DNA of 64,000 bases from a virus (IMGVR_UViG_2932385599_000003:1-64000), one strand, 5' to 3'; shown: positions 8,626 through 18,287, counted from the first letter of the stretch. Notes: a model not told the origin generated them from the sequence alone. Made by a program: numbers and translations.

Positions 8626-9000
8626 TCAGAACGGCCGCGACTCGACGCCGCCCCAGCCCGCGCCGCTGCGGCGCTTGGGGTTGATGCCGGCGAGCTCCAT
8701 ACGTCGCTTCGTCAGCCGCGTGTCGGTCCGCATCCACTGGCGGCAGCCCTCCGTACCGCAGTCGGCGCAGTACGGGATGCCGTCCTCGCCGGTGTTGTCC
8801 GCCATCCACGCGGTGCGGGCGTGGTACTGCGTGGGCGCGGCGGCCTGGCGGGCGGCTCGGCGGGCGTACATGCGGTCCTTGATCTGCTGCTGCGTGGGCT
8901 GCTGCCAGGCGTGCCAGCCGGCGGTTTCGGTGTACTGGCGGCCGTGGCCGCGGCGGTTGATACCGCACAGGGCGCAGCCCATCGGGCTTGAGGAGGTCAT
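8626..9000 (-). CDS. Zn-finger-like hypothetical protein
   Basis: GCALCGINRRGHG and YCADCGTEGC; ATGA coupling. Confidence 0.7.
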   Translation of the reverse strand: MTSSSPMGCALCGINRRGHGRQYTETAGWHAWQQPTQQQIKDRMYARRAARQAAAPTQYHARTAWMADNTGEDGIPYCADCGTEGCRQWMRTDTRLTKRRMELAGINPKRRSGAGWGGVESRPF

Positions 9001-9173
9001 CGGCCGGTCGCCGTGCTTGTGGTCGGGTGGGTGGTGGCGCAGAGCTGGTTCTGGCTGGCGTGCCTGCATTCGCCGGACTCGCATCGGCGGGAGCGGTAGT
9101 GCATGCAATGCCCGATCTGGTGGCCGCAGCGGCTCTGTCGGCAAGCGGCGGGCAGGTACGGGTAGTCGTTCAA
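8997..9173 (-). CDS. small Cys/His-rich protein (58 aa, TTG start)
   Basis: GAAGGA RBS; first ORF after the promoter at 9214-9242; coupled to the next gene. Confidence 0.5.
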   Translation of the reverse strand: MNDYPYLPAACRQSRCGHQIGHCMHYRSRRCESGECRHASQNQLCATTHPTTSTATGR

Positions 9174-9213
9174 TGTGGGTCCTTCGAGTCGACGGGGCCG
9201 TGCAGTGATGCCA

Positions 9214-9245
9214 ACCTTATCTATAGCCTCTTGCGTATGCAAGAT
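9214..9245 (-). promoter_or_regulatory. promoter TTGCAT-17-TAAGGT with palindromic operator CTCTTGCGTATGCAAGAT
   Basis: 17/18 identical to the reverse complement of the palindrome at 60653-60670. Confidence 0.75.
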
Positions 9246-9474
9246 GCCATGAGGTTAGGGGGAGACAACTCAGCCCCGACCATGCGGCCGGGGCTGGTCA
9301 GCTGTTCCCCAACGAGCAGGGGGCGCTTCCTGGTGAACGGGGCACTCGGTACCCCGCCGTCATGGTGGCACCGAAGCGGCCGTCGCATTCCCCCGCTCGC
9401 CCCCTGCCGGCCAGGCCCCCCGGTTCGGGTTCACGGGTTTGGGCTCGCCTCCTGCCGGCGGGGCGGACATGGCA

Positions 9475-9499
9475 AAGCCCCGGCACACGGCCGGGGCTT
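9475..9499. terminator. hairpin terminator
   Basis: AAGCCCCGGC-N5-GCCGGGGCTT. Confidence 0.6.
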
Positions 9500-9564
9500 C
9501 GGGAGGGGTGACGCTGCGGCGGGGGCGAAGCGGCGAGGGCGGCGGCCCTGCGCGGGCGCCCGGC

Positions 9565-9608
9565 GCGGGCCCGGCGGTACGGGGCGGGCCCGGCGGTACG
9601 GGGCGGGC
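9565..9608. repeat. 19-bp tandem repeat, about 2.3 copies
   Basis: GCGGGCCCGGCGGTACGGG twice, then GCGGGC. Confidence 0.85.
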
Positions 9609-9842
9609 GCTGGTCACGGCCGGGCGCCAGGGGCGTACGCAGGTCGGCCGAGACGGAGGCAGGGGAGGGGGCGCGGGTCGGGGCCGGTCTGGCAGATCCA
9701 GCCCCGACCCGCAGAATGCGGGCCCCGGACATGGGGGATGTCCGGGGCGCGAGGGGTGCACGACGGCGCATCCGCCATGCTCAACGACCGTCACCCGCCC
9801 CCGGTTACGGGCCACCCCTCCCCGAGAAGGGCGGCCGGGGCG

Positions 9843-10250
9843 TCACGAGACGGCCGAGTCCTCCGGCTCCCCCAGGTAGCCGCCCATGGCTGACATCGGC
9901 GTACTCGCCGTCTGCAGTGCGTGCTCGGCGGCCTTGAACGCCTCCTCCGCGTTGAGCAGGGCCCGCAGCGCCGTCGATACCGCGTCCGCCGGGTCCTGCC
10001 CGTCCGCCATGCGGATCTCCTGCGCCTGCTCCAGCTCGGCGAGGCTGCGGCGGATCTGCTGCAGGGACTGCGGCAGGCGCTGGGTGAGGGCGAGGAGGCC
10101 CTGGACCGTGCCGGACAGGCGGGCGGGAGCGGCCCCGCGGAACCCGTCCTCCCCGTAGAACGCGTCGGCGTTGATGGTGCGGTGGTTCAGCTCCCTCACC
10201 TGCTCGGCGGCGGCGTCGGCGATCTGCTCGGGCGTGCGTGCGAGGTCCAT
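9843..10250 (-). CDS. hypothetical helical protein
   Basis: GGAG RBS; MDLARTPEQIADAAAEQVRELNHRT. Confidence 0.75.
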   Translation of the reverse strand: MDLARTPEQIADAAAEQVRELNHRTINADAFYGEDGFRGAAPARLSGTVQGLLALTQRLPQSLQQIRRSLAELEQAQEIRMADGQDPADAVSTALRALLNAEEAFKAAEHALQTASTPMSAMGGYLGEPEDSAVS

Positions 10251-10350
10251 ACGGCCACTCCAGGGCGAAGAGAGGGTGCGGGGTGGTGAGGGGCTGCTGC
10301 TCTCGAGTGTGCCAGCGGGCACCGACAGTCAGGGGCGGATCCGGTAGCGG

Positions 10351-11934
10351 TCACCCGCCGGTGCGTGGGCTGCGGAACCCGTCGATGCCGTCCGCGGCGG
10401 GGTCGGGCGCCGGGGACACGTACTCGGCCACGGCGCGCCGGCACCAGGCGGTCGCCTCCGGGGAGCGGGTGCTCTCGATCTCGCGGTCGAGCTGCTCGCC
10501 CGCGATGCGTTCGGCGTCGGCGGGGAGGAGATGCCGGTTCATGAGGTCGTCGAGGGCGTGCCGGATGGCGGTGCGCTCCGGGCCTTCGGGCAGGGCCCGG
10601 CGGGCGGTGTGCAGGGCGCGGGAGATGGTCGCCTGCCCGACGTCGAGGAGCCGGCGGTAGTCCTCGCCGCCCTGGGCCAGGCGGGCGGCGGCCTGCGTGC
10701 GGGTGAGGCGGCCCCGGTCGGCGAGCGCGTCCACCAGGGCGTCCTCGCGGGCGCGGCGGGCGGCGTCGATCAGCTTCGAGCGTTCCTGGTAGGTGGTCTC
10801 AGGGAACCGTTGCGTCAGCTCGCGGCCCTCCTGCGTCCAGTCGTGCAGGTCCCGGTCCGGGTGACGCGGCCCCCACTCCTCGGCCCACTCGTACGGGCCG
10901 CCGGCCCCGATGCCGAGCACGGCCGCGATGTTCGCCGACTGCCAGTCCGTCCACACCAGGGTGCGCCACCCGGTACCCATCCACACGATCAGCGACGAGT
11001 TCGGCGGGTGCGTGACCCCCTCGTACCAGGCGGGCTCGGGGACCTCGGACCGGTCCGGGGATGCCGGGCGGGGGCTGTCGGCGAGGGTGCCGCGCGGCTC
11101 GCCCAGGGCGGGCGGCCGGGGCCGGGGCGGGGCGTCCGGCGCGGGGAGGTACGTGTCGGTGGTGTAGGAGACGATCCCGTTGTCGGTGCCGTGCTCGATG
11201 ACGTCGGCGCGGGCGTAGTGCCCGCGGTGCGCGGTGTAGGCGCGGGCGATCAGCCGGGCGTCGTCCCGGCTCGTGCACCAGCCGACCGTCTGCCAGCCCG
11301 GCGCGCCGCCGCTGTAGTCCTCGCCCATCACCTCGCCCTCGTGCCCGAGGCCGTCGACCCAGACCGCGACTTGCCAGCGCAGGCCCGGCGCCGGCGAGAA
11401 CTCCTGCGGCGGGTCCACGATCCGGCCAGGGGCGTCGATCGGCCAGCCGGTGTGCACCCAGATCCACCGGCCCTCGTGCAGCCACGCCCACTCGGGCATT
11501 CCCACCACGACCACCGTGCCGTCCGCGGTACGGATCGGGACCGGCACGCGCGGGCCGCGGTTCGCCTGGGTGTAGCCGGAGCGGTTCGGCCCGTACTGGG
11601 TCTCGCGCAGCACGTACCCGTCGACTGCGGCCTCCACCGACGCCCACCGCTTCCACTGCGGGGCGATGCCCTTCTCCTCGGCCCGCATCCGGGCCTCCAC
11701 GACGTCCGGGTCCGGCTCGGCGGTGCGCACGGTCAGCGGCCGGCCCTCGGCCACGACCGCCCGCAGGCTCTCCACCACCAGACGCTTACCGTCGGGGAGC
11801 GTCTCCTCGTCGATGAGGTGCAGGCCGGGCGGGAGAGGGAAGGGGGCGGTGTGGCGGAGGGCGGTGGTGTACTTGGCGCCGGTCCGGGCGGCGGCGCGGG
11901 CCTTCTTCGCTGCGGTGGACTGCTTCTTCGGCAT
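10351..11934 (-). CDS. 527-aa hypothetical protein with a basic N-terminal peptide
   Basis: GGGAG RBS; MPKKQSTAAKKARAAARTGAKYTTALR followed by Trp-rich domains. Confidence 0.75.
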   Translation of the reverse strand: MPKKQSTAAKKARAAARTGAKYTTALRHTAPFPLPPGLHLIDEETLPDGKRLVVESLRAVVAEGRPLTVRTAEPDPDVVEARMRAEEKGIAPQWKRWASVEAAVDGYVLRETQYGPNRSGYTQANRGPRVPVPIRTADGTVVVVGMPEWAWLHEGRWIWVHTGWPIDAPGRIVDPPQEFSPAPGLRWQVAVWVDGLGHEGEVMGEDYSGGAPGWQTVGWCTSRDDARLIARAYTAHRGHYARADVIEHGTDNGIVSYTTDTYLPAPDAPPRPRPPALGEPRGTLADSPRPASPDRSEVPEPAWYEGVTHPPNSSLIVWMGTGWRTLVWTDWQSANIAAVLGIGAGGPYEWAEEWGPRHPDRDLHDWTQEGRELTQRFPETTYQERSKLIDAARRAREDALVDALADRGRLTRTQAAARLAQGGEDYRRLLDVGQATISRALHTARRALPEGPERTAIRHALDDLMNRHLLPADAERIAGEQLDREIESTRSPEATAWCRRAVAEYVSPAPDPAADGIDGFRSPRTGG

Positions 11935-12372
11935 GACGTCTCCCGGCCGGACAGCCCCACGCCCTCCCGGCCGCACGTCAGGGGCCACAGGAAGGGGACG
12001 GCACGCACAGCGCGCCGGAGGATCTTCTACGCGGGCCCCTGGAGACCTTGGCCGCCCCCTTTGCGGGGCTGCCCGCGGCGTGGGCGCGGACGTGAGCGGC
12101 GACCGGCGTACGCGGCTGGCCGGGTGGTGTACCACCACCGTAGCGGGTCGCGTTGGTATCGGGGCGCGGGAAGGCGTCACCCGAAGGTGCCCCCGGCCGG
12201 AGCAGGTTCGGGGGCGCCAGGGGGCGGCGGTGCTGCCAAGCGGTCACCGGACGGTGGCCGCCGCTGACCGGAACCGTACCGGAGGGGAAGCCGGCACAGA
12301 AGAATCGGTTAAGCCCCTGGTAGCAGAGGGATTCGGGTGGCAAGCTCTGCCTCCAACCGGAGGGAGATCACG

Positions 12373-12789
12373 ATGACCGACAAGCCGGACGTGGAACATG
12401 TCGACTGCGCGGACTGCTGCGCATCACCGGGTGGCGACAACACCCGCATCGTGATGATGAAGAAGAGCGGCAGGATCACGGAGACGTGGCACACGCCTGA
12501 CTGCCCCGCCGCGGCGATCCTGCAGATCCAGGTGGAGGAGAGCAACCGGCGGGCCGAGGAACGGGAGGCGTGGGCGCGGGGCGTGTTCCCCGCCGCGCAC
12601 GAGCGGCTCAAGCAGGCCGCTGCTGCGTTGCCCGCCGACGGGGCGGCTCAGCCGTTCGTGGACGCCCTCGTGGAGCTGGCTCAGGCGCAGGCCGACGCGA
12701 CCGGTTTCGTGGTGCTGCACGAGTGGGCGGAGATCCTGGAGCGGCACTTCCCGCCGGACCTTCCCAACCCCGACCACACCACCGAGTAG
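12373..12789 (+). CDS. hypothetical protein
   Basis: GGAGGGAG RBS; CADCC...WHTPDC. Confidence 0.7.
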   Translation: MTDKPDVEHVDCADCCASPGGDNTRIVMMKKSGRITETWHTPDCPAAAILQIQVEESNRRAEEREAWARGVFPAAHERLKQAAAALPADGAAQPFVDALVELAQAQADATGFVVLHEWAEILERHFPPDLPNPDHTTE

Positions 12790-12888
12790 CGCCCGCGCGA
12801 GGCCGTGCCCCCAGCAGGAAGCTTGGCCGGGGGCCGGGGGCCGGCGGCGCGAGCATGGAGGTGTTCTCCTGTTCAGATCGCTGGCTCG

Positions 12889-13893
12889 TCAGGTTGTCAT
12901 CATGCGGACGAAGCGCCCGTAGTGGCCTTGGAAGGCGATGGTCTCGGTGAACGTGGGTCCCTGTCGGTTCTTGGCCACGATCAGGTCGGCTTCCCCGGCG
13001 CGCGGGGAGTCCTTCTCGTACGCGTCCTCCCTGTGCAGCAGGATGATCGTGTCGGCTTCGTAGGTGACGGCTCCGGATTCGCGCAGGTCGTCGAGCATGG
13101 GGACCCTGTTGTAGCGCGTCTCAGCCGATCGGTTGAGGTGGCTGGTGACCACCACCGGGATGTCCAGCTCGCGGGCTAGTGTCTTCAGACCACGGGCCAC
13201 ATCACCAACCTCGCGCTCGCGAAGGTCGCTGTACCGGTGCGGCTTGATGGCCTGGAGACCGTCGATGGCGATGAGTCGGAGACCGTGTTCGCCAGCCAGC
13301 TTGTGGCACCGCTCCGACAGTTCCGCCATGGTGAGGCGGGCGGGGACGGACAGAATGAGTGGCGCGCCAACGACTTCGGGCATGCGGCGGGCCAGTCGGG
13401 TCCAGTCCTCGTCGGTCATCACCCCGCAGTGGATGTGGTGACGGGCGACGCGGGCCTCGGCAGACAGCAGGCGGGTGAAGAACCGGGTCTGGTCTTCCTC
13501 CAGGGAGAACACCGCGGTGGGCAGGTTGTTCTTGATGGCGGCGGCCCGGCAGAAGTCGGACATCAGTGTGGTGCGGCCCACCTGGGGACGGGAGGCGATG
13601 ATGGTGAGGCTACCCGGATGGAGGATGCCCACCGCGTCCAGCCCCTCGAAGCCGGTGGCTATGGCGTCGAGCCGGCCCCAGCCCTCTGAGCGCGGTGGCT
13701 GGGCGCTGGCGACTGCGAAGTTGCGCTGCCCGATGGCTTCGATGTCGTCGAGGGCTTCCTCCAGCCAGTCGGCCATGGCGGCGGTGTCCCCGGCGACGCG
13801 GAAGAAGGGGGCCGCTTCCGGTTGCGGGGAGGTTGGGGAAGCATCGGGGCCGTCCTCTGAGAGGGTGCCGTCGCCGGGGGTGTCGGTGGTCAT
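12889..13893 (-). CDS. DnaB-like helicase, C-terminal ATPase domain only
   Basis: TGFEGLD, IIASRPQVGRTT, FSLEE, IAIDGLQ, SHLNRSAE, DLRESGAVTYEAD, IVAKNRQGPT. Confidence 0.9.
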   Translation of the reverse strand: MTTDTPGDGTLSEDGPDASPTSPQPEAAPFFRVAGDTAAMADWLEEALDDIEAIGQRNFAVASAQPPRSEGWGRLDAIATGFEGLDAVGILHPGSLTIIASRPQVGRTTLMSDFCRAAAIKNNLPTAVFSLEEDQTRFFTRLLSAEARVARHHIHCGVMTDEDWTRLARRMPEVVGAPLILSVPARLTMAELSERCHKLAGEHGLRLIAIDGLQAIKPHRYSDLREREVGDVARGLKTLARELDIPVVVTSHLNRSAETRYNRVPMLDDLRESGAVTYEADTIILLHREDAYEKDSPRAGEADLIVAKNRQGPTFTETIAFQGHYGRFVRMMTT

Positions 13894-13904
13894 CGAGGGA
13901 CCTT

Positions 13905-14201
13905 TCATCGGGCGGGCGTCCAGCCCACGTCACGCTTGCGGAGTTCCTCAGCTCGACGGCGGTGCGTCTGACAGATCAGGCATCGGTCCGGGGCACTTTC
14001 GTCCACGGCCCCGAAGGGGTGCTGGCGGCAGTCGGTGAGCGTTCGGGGTCCGGTGAGCTTATCGACCAAGTTGAGGGCCCGGTCGATGTCGGAGCGAATC
14101 TCCTGAAGCTTCTCGCGGGGGGTGTCGCGGGTTAGCGCATCACCGTGCTCACCAAGGACGCGGAGAGCCCGTCCGAGGTGAAGAAGCTGCTCGTGGTCCA
14201 T
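13905..14201 (-). CDS. hypothetical protein with C-terminal Zn motif
   Basis: CRQHP...CLIC; GAAGGA RBS. Confidence 0.7.
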   Translation of the reverse strand: MDHEQLLHLGRALRVLGEHGDALTRDTPREKLQEIRSDIDRALNLVDKLTGPRTLTDCRQHPFGAVDESAPDRCLICQTHRRRAEELRKRDVGWTPAR

Positions 14202-14268
14202 GCCGTCGGTCCTTCCACGCAGGCGTCGTCAGCACAACGAGTGTGGCTGACGACGCGTCTGCTGCGGA

Positions 14269-15738
14269 TCAGAACGGCGGCTCGCCGCAGTAAGCGGCCA
14301 CCTGCTCCGGCGTCCCGTACTGCCGGGCGAGCTGCTCCCGGATCTGCCGGTCCTGCTCTGCCTCGTCGGCGGCCCGGCGGCAGGCCGGGCACAGGGTGTC
14401 GTCGCTGGTCTTCGGGATCGGCTCCCGGCAGGGGCACTCGCGGAACGGGCGGTGTTCGCGCGGTCCCGGCACGGTCGGCGTCGATGCCGTCGAGCCGGCC
14501 GCTTCCGCGCCGGGCGCTGCGGCGGCTTGCCGCCGGGCCGCCTTCCGCGCGGCGATCCGCTCCGGGCACACCAGGCACGGCCGCCCGGTGTCGACGTCCT
14601 TCCCGGCGTCGCACCGCGGGTTAGCGCACCCGTACCGGTCGGACCCCTTCAGCGGCCGCACCATGTCGATCGCCGCGCCGACCGGGCTGGTGATGGCGCC
14701 GGTGTAGAACTTGTCGGCCCAGCCGTGGTCCCGCCACCGCTGCTCGATGCGGGCGCCGAGCTGGGCGGTGGTCCGGTCGGCGGCCGGGACGTCCCCGTCG
14801 AGGGCGTCGAGGATGGCTTGCGACAGGGTCGGCACGTCCGGCAGCGGCCCGTACGACACGGTGCCGTCGGGGGAGGTCCAGCCGTGCAGCAGATGGGCGG
14901 GGTAGAGGGCGCGTACGGTCCGTACGCGGTCGAGCTGGGCGCGGGTGTGCTTCGCCTTGCTGCTGCTCTTGGTAGGCGGTTGGCGGGGCGTGTGAGAGGT
15001 CGGGGCGGGTTGGGTGTTGCTGGGCGCGGCGGAGCCGCCTTCCTCGCGCGCACGCCTACTACCGGTAGATGAAGGGCTACGCCCGTCCACGGGGCGTCGC
15101 CCCGAAGGGGCCTCACCGTCTTCCGAGTCTTGCGTGCGCGCGGAAGAAGTCTTCTTCCTTATATGAGCACCCCCCTGACCGACCCCCGGTGAGGGGGGTG
15201 TCGGTCGGACCTGCGGCTTTGCGTCGCTAGCGTCATCGTCGCTGGTCGGACCGACACCCCCCATCGGGGGTGTCGGTCGTGAGGCAGCTACCGCAGCTTG
15301 TGTGGCGGCGCGCTTGCGGGGGTCTAGGCGCTCCGGCTCGACTCGGATGGCCTTGACGTTGCCCTCGGCCAGGATCTCGTCGACCATCTCGGCCACATCG
15401 GCTGCGGTGAAGGCGATCGAGTCGACGCTGAAGGTCGTGTACCAGGAGCCGCCGCGCTTGGTCACCAGCTCGCCGTCCTCCTCGATGACCTCGCTGGCGG
15501 CGCGCTGGATCTTGAACTTCACCACGAAGGCGCCGTTCACCAACGCGCGCATGGCCTTGGACAGGGACTTCTCTCCCTCCTCGTAGTCGGCGGCCAGCCG
15601 CTCGACGTTGACGTCGTCACCGTCCTTAGAACGGATCAGGCGGGTGAGGAGACCGACGCTGAGGATTGACGGCAGGGTGTCGATGGCGTGGTTGTCGACC
15701 GAGGCGAACCGCTTCGGACGGGATGGGCGTTTCCTCAT
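14269..15738 (-). CDS. phage replication initiator (N-terminal wHTH, C-terminal Zn fingers)
   Basis: FASVDN...SVGLLTRLI...VERLAADYEEGEKSLSKAMRALVNGAFV wHTH; upstream of the DnaB-like gene; internal dyad repeats. Confidence 0.7.
   Translation of the reverse strand: MRKRPSRPKRFASVDNHAIDTLPSILSVGLLTRLIRSKDGDDVNVERLAADYEEGEKSLSKAMRALVNGAFVVKFKIQRAASEVIEEDGELVTKRGGSWYTTFSVDSIAFTAADVAEMVDEILAEGNVKAIRVEPERLDPRKRAATQAAVAASRPTPPMGGVGPTSDDDASDAKPQVRPTPPSPGVGQGGAHIRKKTSSARTQDSEDGEAPSGRRPVDGRSPSSTGSRRAREEGGSAAPSNTQPAPTSHTPRQPPTKSSSKAKHTRAQLDRVRTVRALYPAHLLHGWTSPDGTVSYGPLPDVPTLSQAILDALDGDVPAADRTTAQLGARIEQRWRDHGWADKFYTGAITSPVGAAIDMVRPLKGSDRYGCANPRCDAGKDVDTGRPCLVCPERIAARKAARRQAAAAPGAEAAGSTASTPTVPGPREHRPFRECPCREPIPKTSDDTLCPACRRAADEAEQDRQIREQLARQYGTPEQVAAYCGEPPF
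15142..15278. repeat. candidate replication origin: two 30-bp dyads plus a short AT-rich patch inside rep
   Basis: GACCGACACCCCC-CATC-GGGGGTGTCGGTC at 15249-15278 (perfect); imperfect copy at 15177-15206; GGAAGAAGTCTTCTTCCTTATAT from 15142. Confidence 0.65.
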
Positions 15739-15955
15739 CGGTTACCGCCCGGCGCGCGGGTGAGTGTGACTGGGGTGCTGCTTCGCGGAGCGCGTAGTGC
15801 GGGTACCCTCATGGCGAGGACCTCGTTCGTGAAGGGGCGGAGTTCTGTGACCAGCGGGGTTGCAGCCCGCTGTGGTGCTTGGACGGCCGGTAGAGCTTCT
15901 GCTCGCCGGCCGTTCGCGTGCCTCGGGGTTAGGTGTTCCGGAGCGAGAGTGCCCC

Positions 15956-16246
15956 TCACGAGCCCTTCTTGGCCCGCGGACGCTTGTCGGGGCCTCGGCC
16001 GTCGACCGGGTGCTTCTTGAAGAACCTCAGGAAGGGTTCGGTCTCCATCACGTCGGCGTTCGCCAGCTCCCAGTACGGGTACGGGCGGTCAGGGCCGAAA
16101 GGCCAGTCCGGGTGCTTGGACAGGCGGCGGACGCCTTCTCGGGTCATGCTCTTCGCCATGTTGAGGCGGACGAGCAGTTCGGCGCCGCTGGCGAAGGTGA
16201 CGACCGGGGGGATCCGGGTCAGCGTTCGAGGGTCCGGGGCCTTCAT
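15956..16246 (-). CDS. small DNA-binding (Xis/HTH-like) protein
   Basis: VTFASGAELLVRLNMAKSMTREGVRRLSKHPDWPFG; basic tail; upstream of rep. Confidence 0.65.
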   Translation of the reverse strand: MKAPDPRTLTRIPPVVTFASGAELLVRLNMAKSMTREGVRRLSKHPDWPFGPDRPYPYWELANADVMETEPFLRFFKKHPVDGRGPDKRPRAKKGS

Positions 16247-16436
16247 CCCAGCACCTGAACGTGTGCGGGAGTATCGCCAACAAGTAGCATCGTTAAAGGC
16301 GGCCTTCCTGGTGATGCGGGTGGGTTCGTCGTGCTACCGATTTCGCAGATCGGTGGTGCAAAGGACGGCCGGGCGGGGTCGGTAGCCCCTCTCGGCCGTT
16401 CGTGCGCTCAAGCTGGCTGCTGGAGCGCATCACGGG

Positions 16437-17189
16437 TCAGGCGTCATCACCCCCTTCCTGCACCTCGGCGCGCAGAGACGTCGTCCAGCGGAGGATCGTC
16501 GACCCCTCCGCGACCTTGACAGCAACCTCAACGACGCGGCCGTCCTCCAGCGTCACGGTGCGAACGACCTGCGTGACGACCACCTCGGCCGCGGTGAGGC
16601 CCAGGGCCTCCTTCTCGGCCGTCGTAGCGAGCCGGCTGGTGACCTCCTCGAGGACCTGGTCCTGAGCGACACCCAGACGCGACGCCGCCAACTCCCTCGA
16701 TGCCCCGGTGGAGACCGGCTCCTGCAACTCCGGGGCCACCGCGATCACGTAGGCGGGGTAGTAGCTGCTGCTCACGTGAACCGGTACACCCCCCCTGCTG
16801 ACGACCCGGCGACGCATCTGCACGGGCGTCCCCGGCGCGACCTCAAGCCGCGCCGCGACCAGCGCATCCGCGCCGACGGTGCCCACCTCGAGAATCCGCG
16901 AGGACTCGCTGCCGCCGAGAGCGCTGCCTGTAGCCGCGTGCAGCGCCACCCGGGTTCCGATGCCGGTGCTGGCCGGCGGGGCTACCAACGTGCCGACCCC
17001 CGGCTCGACGAGGGTCAGCCCCTCCATCTTGAGAACCCGGTATGCGCGGTTCACGGTCGTGTGTGCGACGCCGAACTGCTCGCTCGTCTTCTTGAAGCTC
17101 GGGAGCGAGTCACCGGGCCGAAGCGTTCCGTCCTGGATCTGCCGGCGAAAGTGCGCAGCGATCTCTGCATACCCAGGGGTCTCGGGCAT
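16437..17189 (-). CDS. GntR/HutC-family repressor with UTRA domain (KorA/KorSA/TraR-like)
   Basis: YAEIAAHFRRQIQDGTLRPGDSLPS...FGVAHTTVNRAYRVLKMEGL..EPGVGT; divergent from the transfer operon. Confidence 0.9.
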   Translation of the reverse strand: MPETPGYAEIAAHFRRQIQDGTLRPGDSLPSFKKTSEQFGVAHTTVNRAYRVLKMEGLTLVEPGVGTLVAPPASTGIGTRVALHAATGSALGGSESSRILEVGTVGADALVAARLEVAPGTPVQMRRRVVSRGGVPVHVSSSYYPAYVIAVAPELQEPVSTGASRELAASRLGVAQDQVLEEVTSRLATTAEKEALGLTAAEVVVTQVVRTVTLEDGRVVEVAVKVAEGSTILRWTTSLRAEVQEGGDDA

Positions 17190-17427
17190 GGCCTGCCTCC
17201 TCTCATAGTCGTGTACTGCTCACCTCATCGTGTGCAGTTGTGTCCTTCCGAGCCTAGTCTAGAGAAACATGTAGCGCTGAGGGCCGCGACGGGTCTACAT
17301 TGGTCTTGTCGGAACGGCGGGAGCCCGGAAACGCCGAGAGGCCCAGGTGCGCATTCACCTGGACCTCTCAGGGACCCCGAAGGATCCGACGAACCGTCCT
17401 ACCTGCGCATTCAGGAGGCAGATCCGC

Positions 17428-17796
17428 ATGAAGCAGGATCGCACACCCAGCACCACCCCCGCCGTCACGGCCGTCCTCTCCGAGGCGTTGCGTCGCGGCG
17501 CCAGCAACGAGCCGGTCACCGAGCCGCTGTCCCTCACCGCGGCCGCCGCCCTGGAGCGCCTGGAGTGGGCGTTCGCCCCCCGCGGCCCCCTCACCCCCAC
17601 CGTGCTCCGCCTGCGCACCGCGATGCGCGCCGCCCGCTACAACCCCGACCTGCCCCACCAGGTCGAGGCGTTCGCCACGATCGCCACCATCGACACCCCC
17701 TACCTGCGGGCCCTCCTCACCGGCCGCGCCCCCCTCGACCGGCGCCTCCCGCGCCACCGCGTCGCGCAGGCCCTCGGCATCAAGGCGGTGGCGTGA
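17428..17796 (+). CDS. hypothetical protein, possible C-terminal HTH
   Basis: AGGAGG RBS; FATIATIDTPYLRALLTGR...VAQALGI. Confidence 0.65.
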   Translation: MKQDRTPSTTPAVTAVLSEALRRGASNEPVTEPLSLTAAAALERLEWAFAPRGPLTPTVLRLRTAMRAARYNPDLPHQVEAFATIATIDTPYLRALLTGRAPLDRRLPRHRVAQALGIKAVA

Positions 17797-18287
17797 TGGA
17801 CAAGGTCGCCCTCGCGTTGACGTTCCTCTCCCAGCTCGCCCGCCTGGAGCAGCACACGGCCGAGCCCGGCACCCGCCTCACCCTGCGCACCCCGGACGGC
17901 GAGTTCGCCGGCGAGGTCGTGCTCCCCGAGTCCGTCGTGCAGGCCCTCACCACCGCCGCCAGCGCCATCGCCGACGCCCGCGACGAGCTGGCCGCTCCCG
18001 CGCCGGGCCCCGCGCCCGAGCCGGACGCGGACCTCGACGAGCTGATCGCCCACTACGCCACCCACCTCACCACCGACGCCACCCACCGGCGCAGCAGCAC
18101 CCCCGACCCGTCCGCCGCCGCCGTGTTCGCGGCAACCCACCCGCACCTCGCCGCCGACATCCTCGCCCTCTACAACGAGGTCGACCCGCGTACCTACCTC
18201 GACGACATCGTCGCCGCCGACTGCCCCGAGGCCGCGCAGGCCGCGTACGAGCAGATGGTCACCGGCGAGTGGGACGGCGAGCTGTGA
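17796..18287 (+). CDS. hypothetical protein
   Basis: TGATG coupling; typical codon usage. Confidence 0.7.
   Translation: MDKVALALTFLSQLARLEQHTAEPGTRLTLRTPDGEFAGEVVLPESVVQALTTAASAIADARDELAAPAPGPAPEPDADLDELIAHYATHLTTDATHRRSSTPDPSAAAVFAATHPHLAADILALYNEVDPRTYLDDIVAADCPEAAQAAYEQMVTGEWDGEL

Noticed and set aside
9565-9608. Tandem repeat as a possible CRISPR array
   Set aside because: Only about 2.3 adjacent units, no spacers, no cas genes.
15735-15959. 74-aa ORF between the small DNA-binding gene and rep
   Set aside because: Start/stop overlaps at both ends are suggestive, but codon usage is atypical and no motif was recognised; left uncalled.
17250-17305. Possible GntR operator (ATGTAG...CTACAT, GTCTA half-sites)
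   Set aside because: Plausible position, but the arms are too short to call.
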